Shown here: positions 1 through 8,985 of the stretch, one piece after another | Layout: each line of letters begins with the position of its first letter | Position numbering within the stretch: the stretch's first letter is position 1 | DNA from: Candidatus Kaiserbacteria bacterium RIFCSPHIGHO2_02_FULL_55_25 | Lineage (GTDB): Bacteria > Patescibacteriota > Minisyncoccia > Phycocordibacterales > UBA2100 | Reading direction: 5' to 3' | DNA length: 64,000 nt | NCBI GenBank assembly: GCA_001781335.1 | Contig: MFLL01000001.1 | Location: 25,626-89,625, forward strand | Program-made: the position numbers and the translations under genes | The notes under the pieces: generated by a model | What the model was told of the DNA's origin: nothing | The model's database searches: none | The model's input: only the letters and a program-made list of their open reading frames with translations

Positions 1-786
1 GTATTTGATGACGAAGATGTTCATCACGTGGCGGGGACTGTAGACCCGCGGCACGATATCGAAATTATCGATATGGAGCTCATCCTCGCGGACATGCAGT
101 CGGCCGAAAAACGCCTTGACCGCGTTGAGCGTGATTCAAAAGGCGGCGACAAAGCGGTCGTTGCCGAACGTGATGTATTGAGAAAAATTGTCCCCGCCTT
201 GCAGCAGGGGAAAGCGGCGCGCACCGTGGAGCTCGATGAAAAAGAGAAAGCGGCGGCAAAGGCACTGCACCTGCTCACCATGAAGCCGGTTTTGTATGTT
301 CTGAACAGGAAAAGTGGGACGGTGAATGTGGACGCCGAGAACGGTGAGCGCTGGCGTGAGCTCAAAGACTTTTTTGAAACAGCCAATGCGAGCTACGTGG
401 TGGTAGACGCCGGAGTCGAGCGCGAACTCTCGGATGTACACGATGACGAACGCGCAGATTTCCGCCGCGAGCTCGGCGTAAACGACGACGGTATCGACGA
501 CCTCATCAAGGCGGGGTATTCACTTCTCGACCTTATTTCATTCTTTACGACCGGCGAAGATGAGTCGCGCGCATGGACCATCCGGCGCGGTTCGACAGCA
601 CCGGAGGCCGGTGCGGCAATCCACACCGATTTCCGTGACAAATTCATCCGTGCCGACGTTATCCAATGGGACAAACTTCTGGAAATCGGTTCGTGGTCAA
701 AAGCGCGTGAAAAGGGTCAGGTTCGCTCCGAGGGCAAAGAGTATGTCGTCGAAGACGGAGACGTGATGGAATTTAAGCACTCCTAG
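1..786 (+). CDS. ychF: Ribosome-binding ATPase YchF/Ola1, C-terminal part. The 5' end is truncated by the window edge and the frame is open from nt 1.
   Basis: The translation shows the YchF alpha-helical insertion and C-terminal TGS domain, for example the LYVLN, DLISFFTTGEDESRAWTIRRGSTAPEAGAAIHTDF and EYVVEDGDVMEFK stretches. Confidence 0.85.
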   Translation, partial: VFDDEDVHHVAGTVDPRHDIEIIDMELILADMQSAEKRLDRVERDSKGGDKAVVAERDVLRKIVPALQQGKAARTVELDEKEKAAAKALHLLTMKPVLYVLNRKSGTVNVDAENGERWRELKDFFETANASYVVVDAGVERELSDVHDDERADFRRELGVNDDGIDDLIKAGYSLLDLISFFTTGEDESRAWTIRRGSTAPEAGAAIHTDFRDKFIRADVIQWDKLLEIGSWSKAREKGQVRSEGKEYVVEDGDVMEFKHS

Positions 787-809
787 TCGTCACTCGACAG
801 AAGGGGGTC

Positions 810-1781
810 TTGTGTCATACTTTACCCTATATGGACAAACCTAAGGTAACTCCCAAAGATTTCGTGCTTTGGCTCGGTGCGATGGCCGCCCTCTACGGAG
901 GCGTGGTCTCATTTATCACGCTCGTGTTTGACTACATTAATCACGCGTTTCCTAATCCGGTCACAAATTACTACGTAGACCAGTCTTCAAGCATCAGCTA
1001 CGAGTCGGCTTCGCTCATTGTGCTCACGCCGGTCTTCCTCGTCTTGATGCGCGTCATCCGCCGCTCCATTGCGGCCGACCCGTCGCGCAACGAAATATGG
1101 GTGCGTCGCTGGGCACTGTTCCTGACGCTTTTTCTGGCGGGTGCGGCGATGGTCATCGACCTCATCGTCCTCCTCAACACCTTCCTCCAAGGCGAAGACT
1201 TGACCACCAGTTTCCTTCTCAAAGTTCTCACCGTGCTTCTCGTGACAGGGCTCGGGTTTATGCACTTCATGGCCGACCTTTGGGGGTACTGGGACCGTGA
1301 GAAAGCGCGGGCGCGAATGGTGAATTACGCGGTCGGAGTGCTTGTGCTCGTCACCATCATCGCCGGATTCTTCATCATCGGCACACCGCAACAGATGCGC
1401 GCACTAAAACAAGACGCTATCCGCGTGCAGGACCTGCAGAACATTCAGTGGCAGATTGTCAATTACTGGCAGCAAAAAGAGAAACTTCCGGCGGTTCTCG
1501 AGAATGTGAACGACCCGATAAGCAACAATCCCATTCCGAACGACCCGCAGACCGGTGAAGCGTACACGTACAAGATGACGGGTAAAATGTCTTTCCAGCT
1601 TTGCGCTACTTTCGCGACAGCGGGAGGAGGTCTGCAATATGGTTACGTCGAGCGCGCCGTTGAACCCATGGCCATAGACGGCAAACCTACACAAGACAAC
1701 TGGCAGCATGATGCCGGCGAGGTTTGCTTTGACCGCGCCATAGATCCTGAAAGATACCCCCCTTATTCGAAGACGCGGTAA
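810..1781 (+). CDS. Hypothetical integral membrane protein with about 5 TM helices and a soluble C-terminal domain.
   Basis: A 323-aa ORF with several hydrophobic helices. A good SD (AAGGGGG) ends 2 nt upstream of a TTG at 810; an alternative ATG is at 831. I did not recognise a family. Confidence 0.5.
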   Translation: MCHTLPYMDKPKVTPKDFVLWLGAMAALYGGVVSFITLVFDYINHAFPNPVTNYYVDQSSSISYESASLIVLTPVFLVLMRVIRRSIAADPSRNEIWVRRWALFLTLFLAGAAMVIDLIVLLNTFLQGEDLTTSFLLKVLTVLLVTGLGFMHFMADLWGYWDREKARARMVNYAVGVLVLVTIIAGFFIIGTPQQMRALKQDAIRVQDLQNIQWQIVNYWQQKEKLPAVLENVNDPISNNPIPNDPQTGEAYTYKMTGKMSFQLCATFATAGGGLQYGYVERAVEPMAIDGKPTQDNWQHDAGEVCFDRAIDPERYPPYSKTR

Positions 1782-1791
1782 GGCATATAAA

Positions 1792-1823
1792 GAACCGCCG
1801 GCTCCCGCCGGCGGTTCTTTTAT
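1792..1823 (+). terminator. Rho-independent terminator downstream of the membrane-protein gene.
   Basis: A GC stem gaaccgccgg/ccggcggttc with a short loop is followed by TTTTAT. Confidence 0.6.
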
Positions 1824-1858
1824 AGCCCGATGGTGCGTGGTAATCTGGTACCAACCTC

Positions 1859-4800
1859 ATGAAAAACTACGACCATAAAGGCATAGAGAAGAAATGGCAG
1901 GATTTCTGGACCAAGAACAAGATTTACACGACCCCTGACTCCGCGCCAAAGAAAGATAATTTCTATCTCCTCGTCGAGTTCCCGTACCCCTCTGGCAACC
2001 TCCATGTCGGCCATTGGTACGCCTTTGCGGTGCCGGACATTTTGGCCCGTTATCACCGCATGCAGGGCAAAAATGTCCTCTATCCGATAGGGTTTGATGC
2101 ATTCGGACTCCCTGCGGAAAACGCCGCCATCAAGAACAAGCTCAACCCACGCAAATGGACGGAAGGGAACATCGCGTACATGAAGAAGCAGATTCAGTCG
2201 ATGGGCACATCGTTCGACTGGTCGCGCGAGGTCGTCACGTGCGACCCGTCGTACTACAAATGGACACAGTGGCTCTTCTTACAGCTCTACAAGAGAGGGC
2301 TCGTCTATCAGAAGGAGACGGCGGTCAATTGGTGCCCCAAGGATAAGACGGTGCTCGCCAATGAGCAGGTCGTCGACGGCAAGTGCGAGCGTTGTGATAC
2401 GGAAGTCGAGCAGCGGCAGATGCTCCAGTGGAATATCAAGATTACCGATTATGCCGACCGTCTCATAGAAGACCTCGAGCCGCTCAACTGGCCGGAGCAG
2501 ATAAAAGAATCGCAAAGGAATTGGATAGGCCGCTCAGAGGGTGCGGAGATTGATTTTCCGCTTGAAATGGGCAAAAAATACAAGTTCGTCTACCTGCACG
2601 GGTATAAGAGTAAGGCTGACAGACCCCGCAATCATTGGTACAGGGCAGGTTTGGAGGCGCTTGGACATGAGGTGATAATACCGGACTTGCCGAATTCAAA
2701 TAATCCAGTCGAAGAGGAGCAAGTAAAAATTGCGATTGAGGCTACGGATTACGACGAAAACACTGTTCTTATTGGGCACAGCTTGGGTGCTGTTGTTGCG
2801 ATGAAGGCGCTTCAAAAAATGAACAAAAAGATAGCACGGCTCGTGCTTATTGCGCCTACGATTGACCCTGCGTTTCCGGGCGCTGAAGAGAGACCGTTCC
2901 ACAAAACCTTTAAATGGGACATTGACTATGAATTGCTGAAGAAACTGGCGCCCAATCGGCTTCTTCTTTCTGATCTGAAAGAGCCTGAAGTCAGAATCAA
3001 TTACATTCGCCACCTCGCGCCGAAACTGGATGCGCAACTCGTTGAAACTCACGCAACTCAAGAACACTTTACGGGTGACAAAGAACCAGACGTTCTAATG
3101 TGGTTGCGACCGACAATACGCGTGTTCACGACCCGCTCCGACACGCTCTTCGGTGCAACATACCTCGTGCTTGCGCCCGAACACCAATTTATCAGGCAGT
3201 TCTACACAAGTCAGACTTCCTTGAATAAGGCAGAGGTCCAGCAATATGTCAATACTGCATTGAAGAGGAGCGACCTTGAACGCCAGACTGACCAGAAAAA
3301 TAAAACCGGGGTGAGGCTCGAAGGGGTAAGCGCAATGAATCCTGCTACGGGGGAGAAGGTACCGCTTTATGTGGCGGATTACGTACTCGGGCACTATGGC
3401 ACCGGTGCCATCATGGCCGTGCCCGCGCACGATGAACGCGACCACGAATTCGCGGAGAAGTTCGGGCTTCCCATCAGGGAAGTTGTCGAGCCCCTCGTCG
3501 TTGCCACGAGTGGCTTTGATGCTATTCATCAGGACGAACCGTTCCAGGAGCGCAACAGCATCATTGCCATCGTGAAGCACTGGTCGGAAGACAAATACAT
3601 TTGTCTCGCGTGGAAGCCGGCAGAATGGAAAGGCTTTGTCGTTGGTGGTATCGAAAAGGGTGAAGATGCCATCGCGGCCGGTGTACGCGAGATCGTCGAA
3701 GAGACCGGGTATCAAAAGCCCACGTTCATACGTCAGCTCGGCGGCACCATTCACGACAAGTTCTATCACACGATAAAAAGGGTCAACACGTTCGCTCACT
3801 TCACGCCGCTCTTGTTCCAGTTGGAAGACGGAACACATGTCGACATCGCAGATACCGAGAAAGATTTGCATGACGTACATTGGGTCGATGCCGATAAGGT
3901 CGCGAATTTTGTGAACAGTCGCGACATCAAGGTCGCTTGGGCGCGAGTGAGCGGTAAGAATATATATACAGGGGAGGGGATACTCAGCAATTCAGGAACA
4001 TTCAGCGGATTGATGACGGAAGAAGGCCGTAAGCAGATGGCCGAGAAATTCGGACGCACGAAGAAAATGTACAAGCTGCGTGATTGGATAGTCAGCCGTC
4101 AGCGGTATTGGGGCGTGCCGATTCCGATGATTCACTGCGAGAAATGCGGCATCGTACCGGTGCCCGACAAGGACTTGCCGGTGGAATTGCCGGAGGTAAA
4201 AGATTATTTGCCGGAGGGAAGCGGGAAGTCGCCGCTCGCAAAGGTCAAAAAATTTGTGGACACGGCGTGTCCTAAATGTGGGGGGAAGGCGAAACGGGAA
4301 ACTGACACGCTCGATACATTTGTAGATTCTTCGTGGTACTTCCTGCGCTATACCGACCCCAAGAATCCCAAGGCCTTTGCATCAAAAGCCAAGCAGGCAA
4401 AATGGATGCCTATCAATCTCTACAGCGGGGGAGCGGAGCACACGACGATGCACTTGCTCTACAGCCGCTTCTGGCACAAGGCGCTCTACGACATGGGGCT
4501 TGTTGCCGACGCGGAGCCATACACCCGCCGCATGAACAGAAGCATTATTCTCGGTCCCGACGGACAAAAGATGAGTAAGTCGCACGGCAACGTAATCGAC
4601 CCCGACGAGGTGGTGGCGCGACTCGGTGCCGACACGGTACGCATGTATTTGGCCTTCGTAGGGCCGTATAACGAGGTTTCCAGCTTCCCATGGAATCCCG
4701 ACGGTGTGGTGGGTGTGAGGCGTTTTCTGGAGCGCGTATGGCGCCTGCAGGAGAAAGTCGGCACAGAGGATGCCGGCGCACTCTCCTCGGCTCTGCATAA

Positions 4801-5236
4801 GGCAATAAAGAAAGTGGGCGAGGATATTGCGGCGCAAAAGTTCAACACCGCGATAAGTCAGCTCATGATTTTGCTCAATGACATGGAGAAGCGGGAATCA
4901 CTATCGCGTAACGAGTGGACAACATTTCTGCGGTTGCTCGCGCCGTTCGCGCCGCACATGGCGGAAGAATTGTGGAGTAGTGCAGGCAACAAAAAATCCA
5001 TCCACGTCCAGAAGTGGCCGCAGTACGATGAAAAATATCTTGTCGACGAAGAAGTTACGTACGGCATTCAAATCGACGGCAAAACACGCGACGAAGTTCG
5101 CGTACCGACCGATGCCGACAAAGAGACTGTTGAAAAAGCTGCACGCGACGTCGTTGCCGCCCGACTGGAAGGAAAGACTATAAAGCGGACTATTGTCGTG
5201 CCAAAGAGGTTGGTGAATTTTGTACTCGAGACATAA
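1859..5236 (+). CDS. leuS: Leucyl-tRNA synthetase (1125 aa) carrying two inserted foreign domains: an alpha/beta serine hydrolase (nt about 2558-3106) and a NUDIX hydrolase (nt about 3542-3958).
   Basis: Class I HIGH motif (HVGH), the CP1 editing start TTRSDTLFGATY, KMSKS, and the C-terminal anticodon-binding region are all present. The insert between NWIGRSEGAEIDF and IRVFTTR has the YdeN/RBBP9 pattern (xxxHGY..NHW, GHSLG nucleophile elbow). The insert after VPAHDERDHEF..GLPI has a Nudix box GGIEKGEDAIAAGVREIVEETGY. The frame is continuous with no stops. Confidence 0.93.
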   Translation: MKNYDHKGIEKKWQDFWTKNKIYTTPDSAPKKDNFYLLVEFPYPSGNLHVGHWYAFAVPDILARYHRMQGKNVLYPIGFDAFGLPAENAAIKNKLNPRKWTEGNIAYMKKQIQSMGTSFDWSREVVTCDPSYYKWTQWLFLQLYKRGLVYQKETAVNWCPKDKTVLANEQVVDGKCERCDTEVEQRQMLQWNIKITDYADRLIEDLEPLNWPEQIKESQRNWIGRSEGAEIDFPLEMGKKYKFVYLHGYKSKADRPRNHWYRAGLEALGHEVIIPDLPNSNNPVEEEQVKIAIEATDYDENTVLIGHSLGAVVAMKALQKMNKKIARLVLIAPTIDPAFPGAEERPFHKTFKWDIDYELLKKLAPNRLLLSDLKEPEVRINYIRHLAPKLDAQLVETHATQEHFTGDKEPDVLMWLRPTIRVFTTRSDTLFGATYLVLAPEHQFIRQFYTSQTSLNKAEVQQYVNTALKRSDLERQTDQKNKTGVRLEGVSAMNPATGEKVPLYVADYVLGHYGTGAIMAVPAHDERDHEFAEKFGLPIREVVEPLVVATSGFDAIHQDEPFQERNSIIAIVKHWSEDKYICLAWKPAEWKGFVVGGIEKGEDAIAAGVREIVEETGYQKPTFIRQLGGTIHDKFYHTIKRVNTFAHFTPLLFQLEDGTHVDIADTEKDLHDVHWVDADKVANFVNSRDIKVAWARVSGKNIYTGEGILSNSGTFSGLMTEEGRKQMAEKFGRTKKMYKLRDWIVSRQRYWGVPIPMIHCEKCGIVPVPDKDLPVELPEVKDYLPEGSGKSPLAKVKKFVDTACPKCGGKAKRETDTLDTFVDSSWYFLRYTDPKNPKAFASKAKQAKWMPINLYSGGAEHTTMHLLYSRFWHKALYDMGLVADAEPYTRRMNRSIILGPDGQKMSKSHGNVIDPDEVVARLGADTVRMYLAFVGPYNEVSSFPWNPDGVVGVRRFLERVWRLQEKVGTEDAGALSSALHKAIKKVGEDIAAQKFNTAISQLMILLNDMEKRESLSRNEWTTFLRLLAPFAPHMAEELWSSAGNKKSIHVQKWPQYDEKYLVDEEVTYGIQIDGKTRDEVRVPTDADKETVEKAARDVVAARLEGKTIKRTIVVPKRLVNFVLET

Positions 5237-5301
5237 ATAGTTGTCGATATGTATATCCTTACGTCTGGTCAATGGTGCGGTTGTAGGGACACGCCGCAAG
5301 T

Positions 5302-6771
5302 TCAGCGCATGCGGATTTCGGGACCTTCCGATGTGTCTTTGATATCGTAGCCCGCTTCGGCTATTGCCACGCGAAGCTCATCGGCGCGCGTCCAGTCTTT
5401 GCCGGTACGCGCTTCCTCCCGTTGCGCTACAAGTAGTGCGACTTCGGCCGGTAAATCATCAACACTGACGGTATCGGCGACGGGAACGTTGAGCGCTTCT
5501 ACACTGCCCAATCCGAGCCCAAGCACGCGGTCTGCGTAGCGCACCGTAGCGGAAATATCCGCGGCGGAAAGTGAACCGTCTTTTGTCGCGTCCCACAGCA
5601 CAGCAAGCGCGCCCGGCGTGTCGAGGTCGTCGTTGAGCCTCTCATGAAAACGGGCACGATATGTTTCCGCCACTACGCCGCCGTCTTCTTGTGCATATTG
5701 CGCGAGACGGGAGAGCGCTGTCGAAGAAGCTTGCAATGCTTCCCAGCTGAAATTGGCGTTCGTCCGGTAGTGCGCGCCGAGGAACAAATAGCGAAGCGCG
5801 AGCGGATGGAAGCCGCGCTCTATGACATCGGAAAGGTAGACGACATTGCCGGCTGATTTGGCGAGTTTGCCGCCCTGAAATTGGATGTGTGCGCGGTGTA
5901 GCCAGAAGCGGGAGAGCGGGCGCTTGCCTATGGCTCCTTCCGACTGCGCTATCTCGTTGTTGTGATGCACCGGTATGTGCTCAATGCCGCCGGTGTGGAT
6001 GTCTATTTGCTCGCCGAGTGTTTTTCGTATCATCGCGGAGCATTCGATATGCCAGCCGGGGAAACCTTGTCCCCACGGGCTCTCCCATCCGATTTTTTCA
6101 TCAAATTTCCACAGCACAAAATCGGTCGGACTGCGTTTACCGGCAACCGCCGCGACACGCGCGCCCTCGCGCAGTCCTTTGATATCAATGCCGCCCAGCT
6201 CGCCGTAGCGGGGGAAATGTGCGGTGTCGAAATAGACGCCGCCTTCGGCTGTGTAGGCATAGCTTTTGTCCATCAGCGCGTGAATCATTGCGATTTGCGC
6301 CGGTATGTAATCACTTGCACGCGGAAATTCTATGCGCGCCGTATCTATGTTGAGCGAGCGGAGGTCGTCGAGAAACATGGCGGTGTACTTTTCTCCGAGC
6401 GCGCGCATGTTCTCGAGCGTAAAATTCATCTTTTCGCTCTTGAGCCCCTTGGACATTTTGTCCTCGCCCTCATCGGCATCCGACGTCAGATGGCCGACGT
6501 CGGTGATGTTGATGACCTGCTTCACTTTGAAACCGTTGTATTCCAGTGCTCTCTTCAGCACGTCGGTAAACACGAACATGCTGAGATTACCGATGTGCTG
6601 GCGGCCGTAGACAGTGGGGCCGCAGTTGTACATGCGTACGGTGTGCGCCTGCGGCGGCATGATAAACGGCTCGTCTTTGCCCGACAGAGTGTTGTGGAGA
6701 TACAGCGGCAATTTTGCAGTCGAGACCGGAGCCGGAGCGAACAGCGTTCGCCATTTTGAGAAAGGCCACAT
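5302..6771 (-). CDS. cysS: Cysteinyl-tRNA synthetase.
   Basis: HIGN (HIGH) and KMSKS motifs are present with the CysRS Zn-binding cysteines. The longest ORF reaches 6783, but that overlaps the corA-like stop. An ATG at 6771 avoids the overlap. A TTG at 6711 would give the canonical LYLHNTLSG N-terminus. Confidence 0.88.
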   Translation of the reverse strand: MWPFSKWRTLFAPAPVSTAKLPLYLHNTLSGKDEPFIMPPQAHTVRMYNCGPTVYGRQHIGNLSMFVFTDVLKRALEYNGFKVKQVINITDVGHLTSDADEGEDKMSKGLKSEKMNFTLENMRALGEKYTAMFLDDLRSLNIDTARIEFPRASDYIPAQIAMIHALMDKSYAYTAEGGVYFDTAHFPRYGELGGIDIKGLREGARVAAVAGKRSPTDFVLWKFDEKIGWESPWGQGFPGWHIECSAMIRKTLGEQIDIHTGGIEHIPVHHNNEIAQSEGAIGKRPLSRFWLHRAHIQFQGGKLAKSAGNVVYLSDVIERGFHPLALRYLFLGAHYRTNANFSWEALQASSTALSRLAQYAQEDGGVVAETYRARFHERLNDDLDTPGALAVLWDATKDGSLSAADISATVRYADRVLGLGLGSVEALNVPVADTVSVDDLPAEVALLVAQREEARTGKDWTRADELRVAIAEAGYDIKDTSEGPEIRMR

Positions 6772-6773
6772 AC

Positions 6774-7685
6774 TTAGAGCCATTTTTTGTGTTTAAAGAA
6801 GACAAACATGGCAATGCCGACAGACATGACCGCGCCGACGATTATCCAGAAATCATGCGGAGTTCCGATTATAGGATTGTCTCTCGCGGCGACGCCGAGA
6901 ATTGCGACGAGTAGTGCAAGAGGGAATGTGAATAGCGCCATGATGGTCAGCATGCGCATTGTTTCGTTTTGCTTGGTGGTGAGAAGGGAATTGTTGGTTT
7001 CGCGAAGCTCATGGAGAAATTCGGTACTGCGCATGATGTGATTGTGTACGCGGTAGTACTCGTTGGAAAGTGTGCGCAGGAAGGGGCGGAACCCCTCGCC
7101 CCAAAAAACAACACCGCCTTCTTCGAGGTCGCGCAGTACTTCGCGGTGTGGTTCGATGGTCTGGCGCAAATTCAACAGGTCGCGCGAGGTGCGCGAAATA
7201 GCGGCGACCATATGCACCTCGTCTCCCGAAAACACGTGGTCCTCGACAAGCTTGAGGTCGTGACGGACGTATTCGAGCTCATGTTCGACGGCGCGGTACA
7301 ACTTCTTGAGCATGTACAAAAATAGATATCCTGCGTGCTCGCCGATAGTGCTTTTGTCGAGAACTGCGTTGACCTCGAACACCTTGGAAAATTTGTGCAG
7401 CGGGTCGACGGTGTCGTAGCGGGTCGTGATGATGAAATTTTGACCGACAATGAAATCCACCTCCTGCTCACGTGTCTTGTGTGAATGGCGCAGGGCAGGG
7501 AAGTGGAGTACCGCATATACATAATTGCGGCGGAATTCGGCACGTGGCTTGCTGGCGGGCAGGAGGAGCTCTTCGGCGATATGCGGCTCAATGTCAAACT
7601 CTGCGGCGACGCGCACGACCTCGTCGCGCGTGGGCGATTCCATGTCAATCCATGTGATACCCTCGTGCTCGAAACGGGTTTGCAT
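6774..7685 (-). CDS. CorA-family divalent cation transporter. The conserved YGMNF motif reads LGVAA (GMN replaced by GVA).
   Basis: A cytoplasmic N-domain is followed by two C-terminal TM helices and a basic KHKKWL tail that aligns to the T. maritima CorA C-terminus. The ORF runs to 7766, but a minus-strand TATAAT at 7698-7693 sits 7 nt upstream of the ATG at 7685, which suggests a leaderless start. Confidence 0.72.
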   Translation of the reverse strand: MQTRFEHEGITWIDMESPTRDEVVRVAAEFDIEPHIAEELLLPASKPRAEFRRNYVYAVLHFPALRHSHKTREQEVDFIVGQNFIITTRYDTVDPLHKFSKVFEVNAVLDKSTIGEHAGYLFLYMLKKLYRAVEHELEYVRHDLKLVEDHVFSGDEVHMVAAISRTSRDLLNLRQTIEPHREVLRDLEEGGVVFWGEGFRPFLRTLSNEYYRVHNHIMRSTEFLHELRETNNSLLTTKQNETMRMLTIMALFTFPLALLVAILGVAARDNPIIGTPHDFWIIVGAVMSVGIAMFVFFKHKKWL

Positions 7686-7692
7686 TGCAAGC

Positions 7693-7719
7693 ATTATATC
7701 AGTTTCGGAGTGATATAAT
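7693..7719. promoter_or_regulatory. Divergent pair of -10 boxes. TATAAT on the minus strand (7698-7693) serves corA, and TATAAT on the plus strand (7714-7719) sits 9 nt before the ctpA ATG. Both starts look leaderless.
   Basis: Consensus TATAAT hexamers lie 7-9 nt upstream of the start codons with no SD. The same geometry recurs at at least seven other genes in the window. Confidence 0.35.
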
Positions 7720-7728
7720 CCTCTGGAT

Positions 7729-8973
7729 ATGGAAAACGGTCGTGGCATATCGCTTCTCAATGCCATCGGTATCGCGATTGCTGTTGCGGTCCTCGCTTTT
7801 GCAGGCGGGTCCGCATACGGAAGTTACCGTGCCGTCGCGTCGGGAATTGCGGGCGGTGATATACCTGCGAATGTGGATTTTTCGCCCGTCTGGCGGGCAT
7901 GGCATGTTCTCGATGAGAAGTTTGTGCCGGCAGCCGTCTCGACCTCGACTCCTATCGCCACCAGCACGGCACAGGCCGAACAGGACCGTGTCTGGGGCAT
8001 GATAAGCGGCCTCGCGGCGTCGCTGAACGACCCGTACACATTCTTTTTGCCGCCGGTAGAGAACAAGCAATTCGGGGATGATATGAGCGGGCAGTTTGAG
8101 GGCGTGGGTATGGAAATCGCGGTGAAGAGCGAGGTACTCACCGTAGTCACGCCGCTCAAAGGCACGCCTGCCGAAAAGGCCGGTATTAAGAGCGGAGACC
8201 ATATTCTGAAGATTGACGGTGTCGGTACACAGGGTATGGACGTGGATGCTGCTATCAAAAAAATCCGCGGACCCAAGGGTACGCAGGTCACTCTTACCAT
8301 GCTTCGCCAAGGTTGGGCGGAAACGCGGGAGGTAAAAGTGACGCGCGACGTCATCAATGTCCCCATAATCACAACAACCGCTCGCAAAGACGGCATCTAT
8401 GTCATCGCGCTCTCAAGTTTTACCGCAAATTCGCCCAATCTTTTTCGAGACGCCTTGCGGGATTTTGTAGAATCCGGGAATACCAAGCTCGTGCTCGACT
8501 TGCGCGGTAATCCGGGAGGATACTTGGACGCGGCTGTGGACATGGCGAGCTGGTTTTTGCCTAGCGGCAGTGTCGTCACGACGGAAGATTATGCCGGGCA
8601 CGAGAGCAATATCGTTCATCGCTCGAGCGGCTACGATATATTCAACGAGAATCTGAAAATGGTCGTCCTTGTCAATCAGGGGTCCGCCTCGGCTTCTGAA
8701 ATCCTTGCCGACGCCTTGCGCCATTACAAGGTCGCGAAAATCGTGGGTACCAATACCTTCGGCAAAGGCGTCGTGCAGGAACTCGTGTCCATCACTCCGG
8801 AAACCTCGCTCAAGGTCACGGTGGCCCGCTGGCTCGGCCCCGACGGCACCCAAATACCACTCACCGGCCTGATTCCCGACGTGATGGCCACGACAAGCGA
8901 CGAGGCCATCAAAGCCGAAAAAGACCCGCAGCTGGACAAGGCGGTCGAGCTACTGTTGTTGAAAGCGCAATAA
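7729..8973 (+). CDS. ctpA: Carboxyl-terminal processing protease of the S41 family, with an N-terminal membrane anchor and a PDZ domain.
   Basis: Diagnostic motifs include FEGVGMEI, a PDZ region, LDLRGNPGGYL and GSASASEILA. Confidence 0.88.
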   Translation: MENGRGISLLNAIGIAIAVAVLAFAGGSAYGSYRAVASGIAGGDIPANVDFSPVWRAWHVLDEKFVPAAVSTSTPIATSTAQAEQDRVWGMISGLAASLNDPYTFFLPPVENKQFGDDMSGQFEGVGMEIAVKSEVLTVVTPLKGTPAEKAGIKSGDHILKIDGVGTQGMDVDAAIKKIRGPKGTQVTLTMLRQGWAETREVKVTRDVINVPIITTTARKDGIYVIALSSFTANSPNLFRDALRDFVESGNTKLVLDLRGNPGGYLDAAVDMASWFLPSGSVVTTEDYAGHESNIVHRSSGYDIFNENLKMVVLVNQGSASASEILADALRHYKVAKIVGTNTFGKGVVQELVSITPETSLKVTVARWLGPDGTQIPLTGLIPDVMATTSDEAIKAEKDPQLDKAVELLLLKAQ

Positions 8974-8985
8974 AAACCAACCCCC

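Noticed and set aside
5962-6759. A 265-aa plus-strand ORF, and many similar long ORFs such as 3095-3880 (-), 30580-31437 (-), 35481-36203 (+), 55691-56833 (+), 58996-60375 (+) and 44688-45251 (-).
   Set aside because: Each lies antisense to a gene with strong motif support (cysS, leuS, the fabH-like gene, dnaK, mnmA, the 59086 gene and the actin-like gene respectively). High GC produces long spurious antisense frames, and none of these has recognisable motifs.
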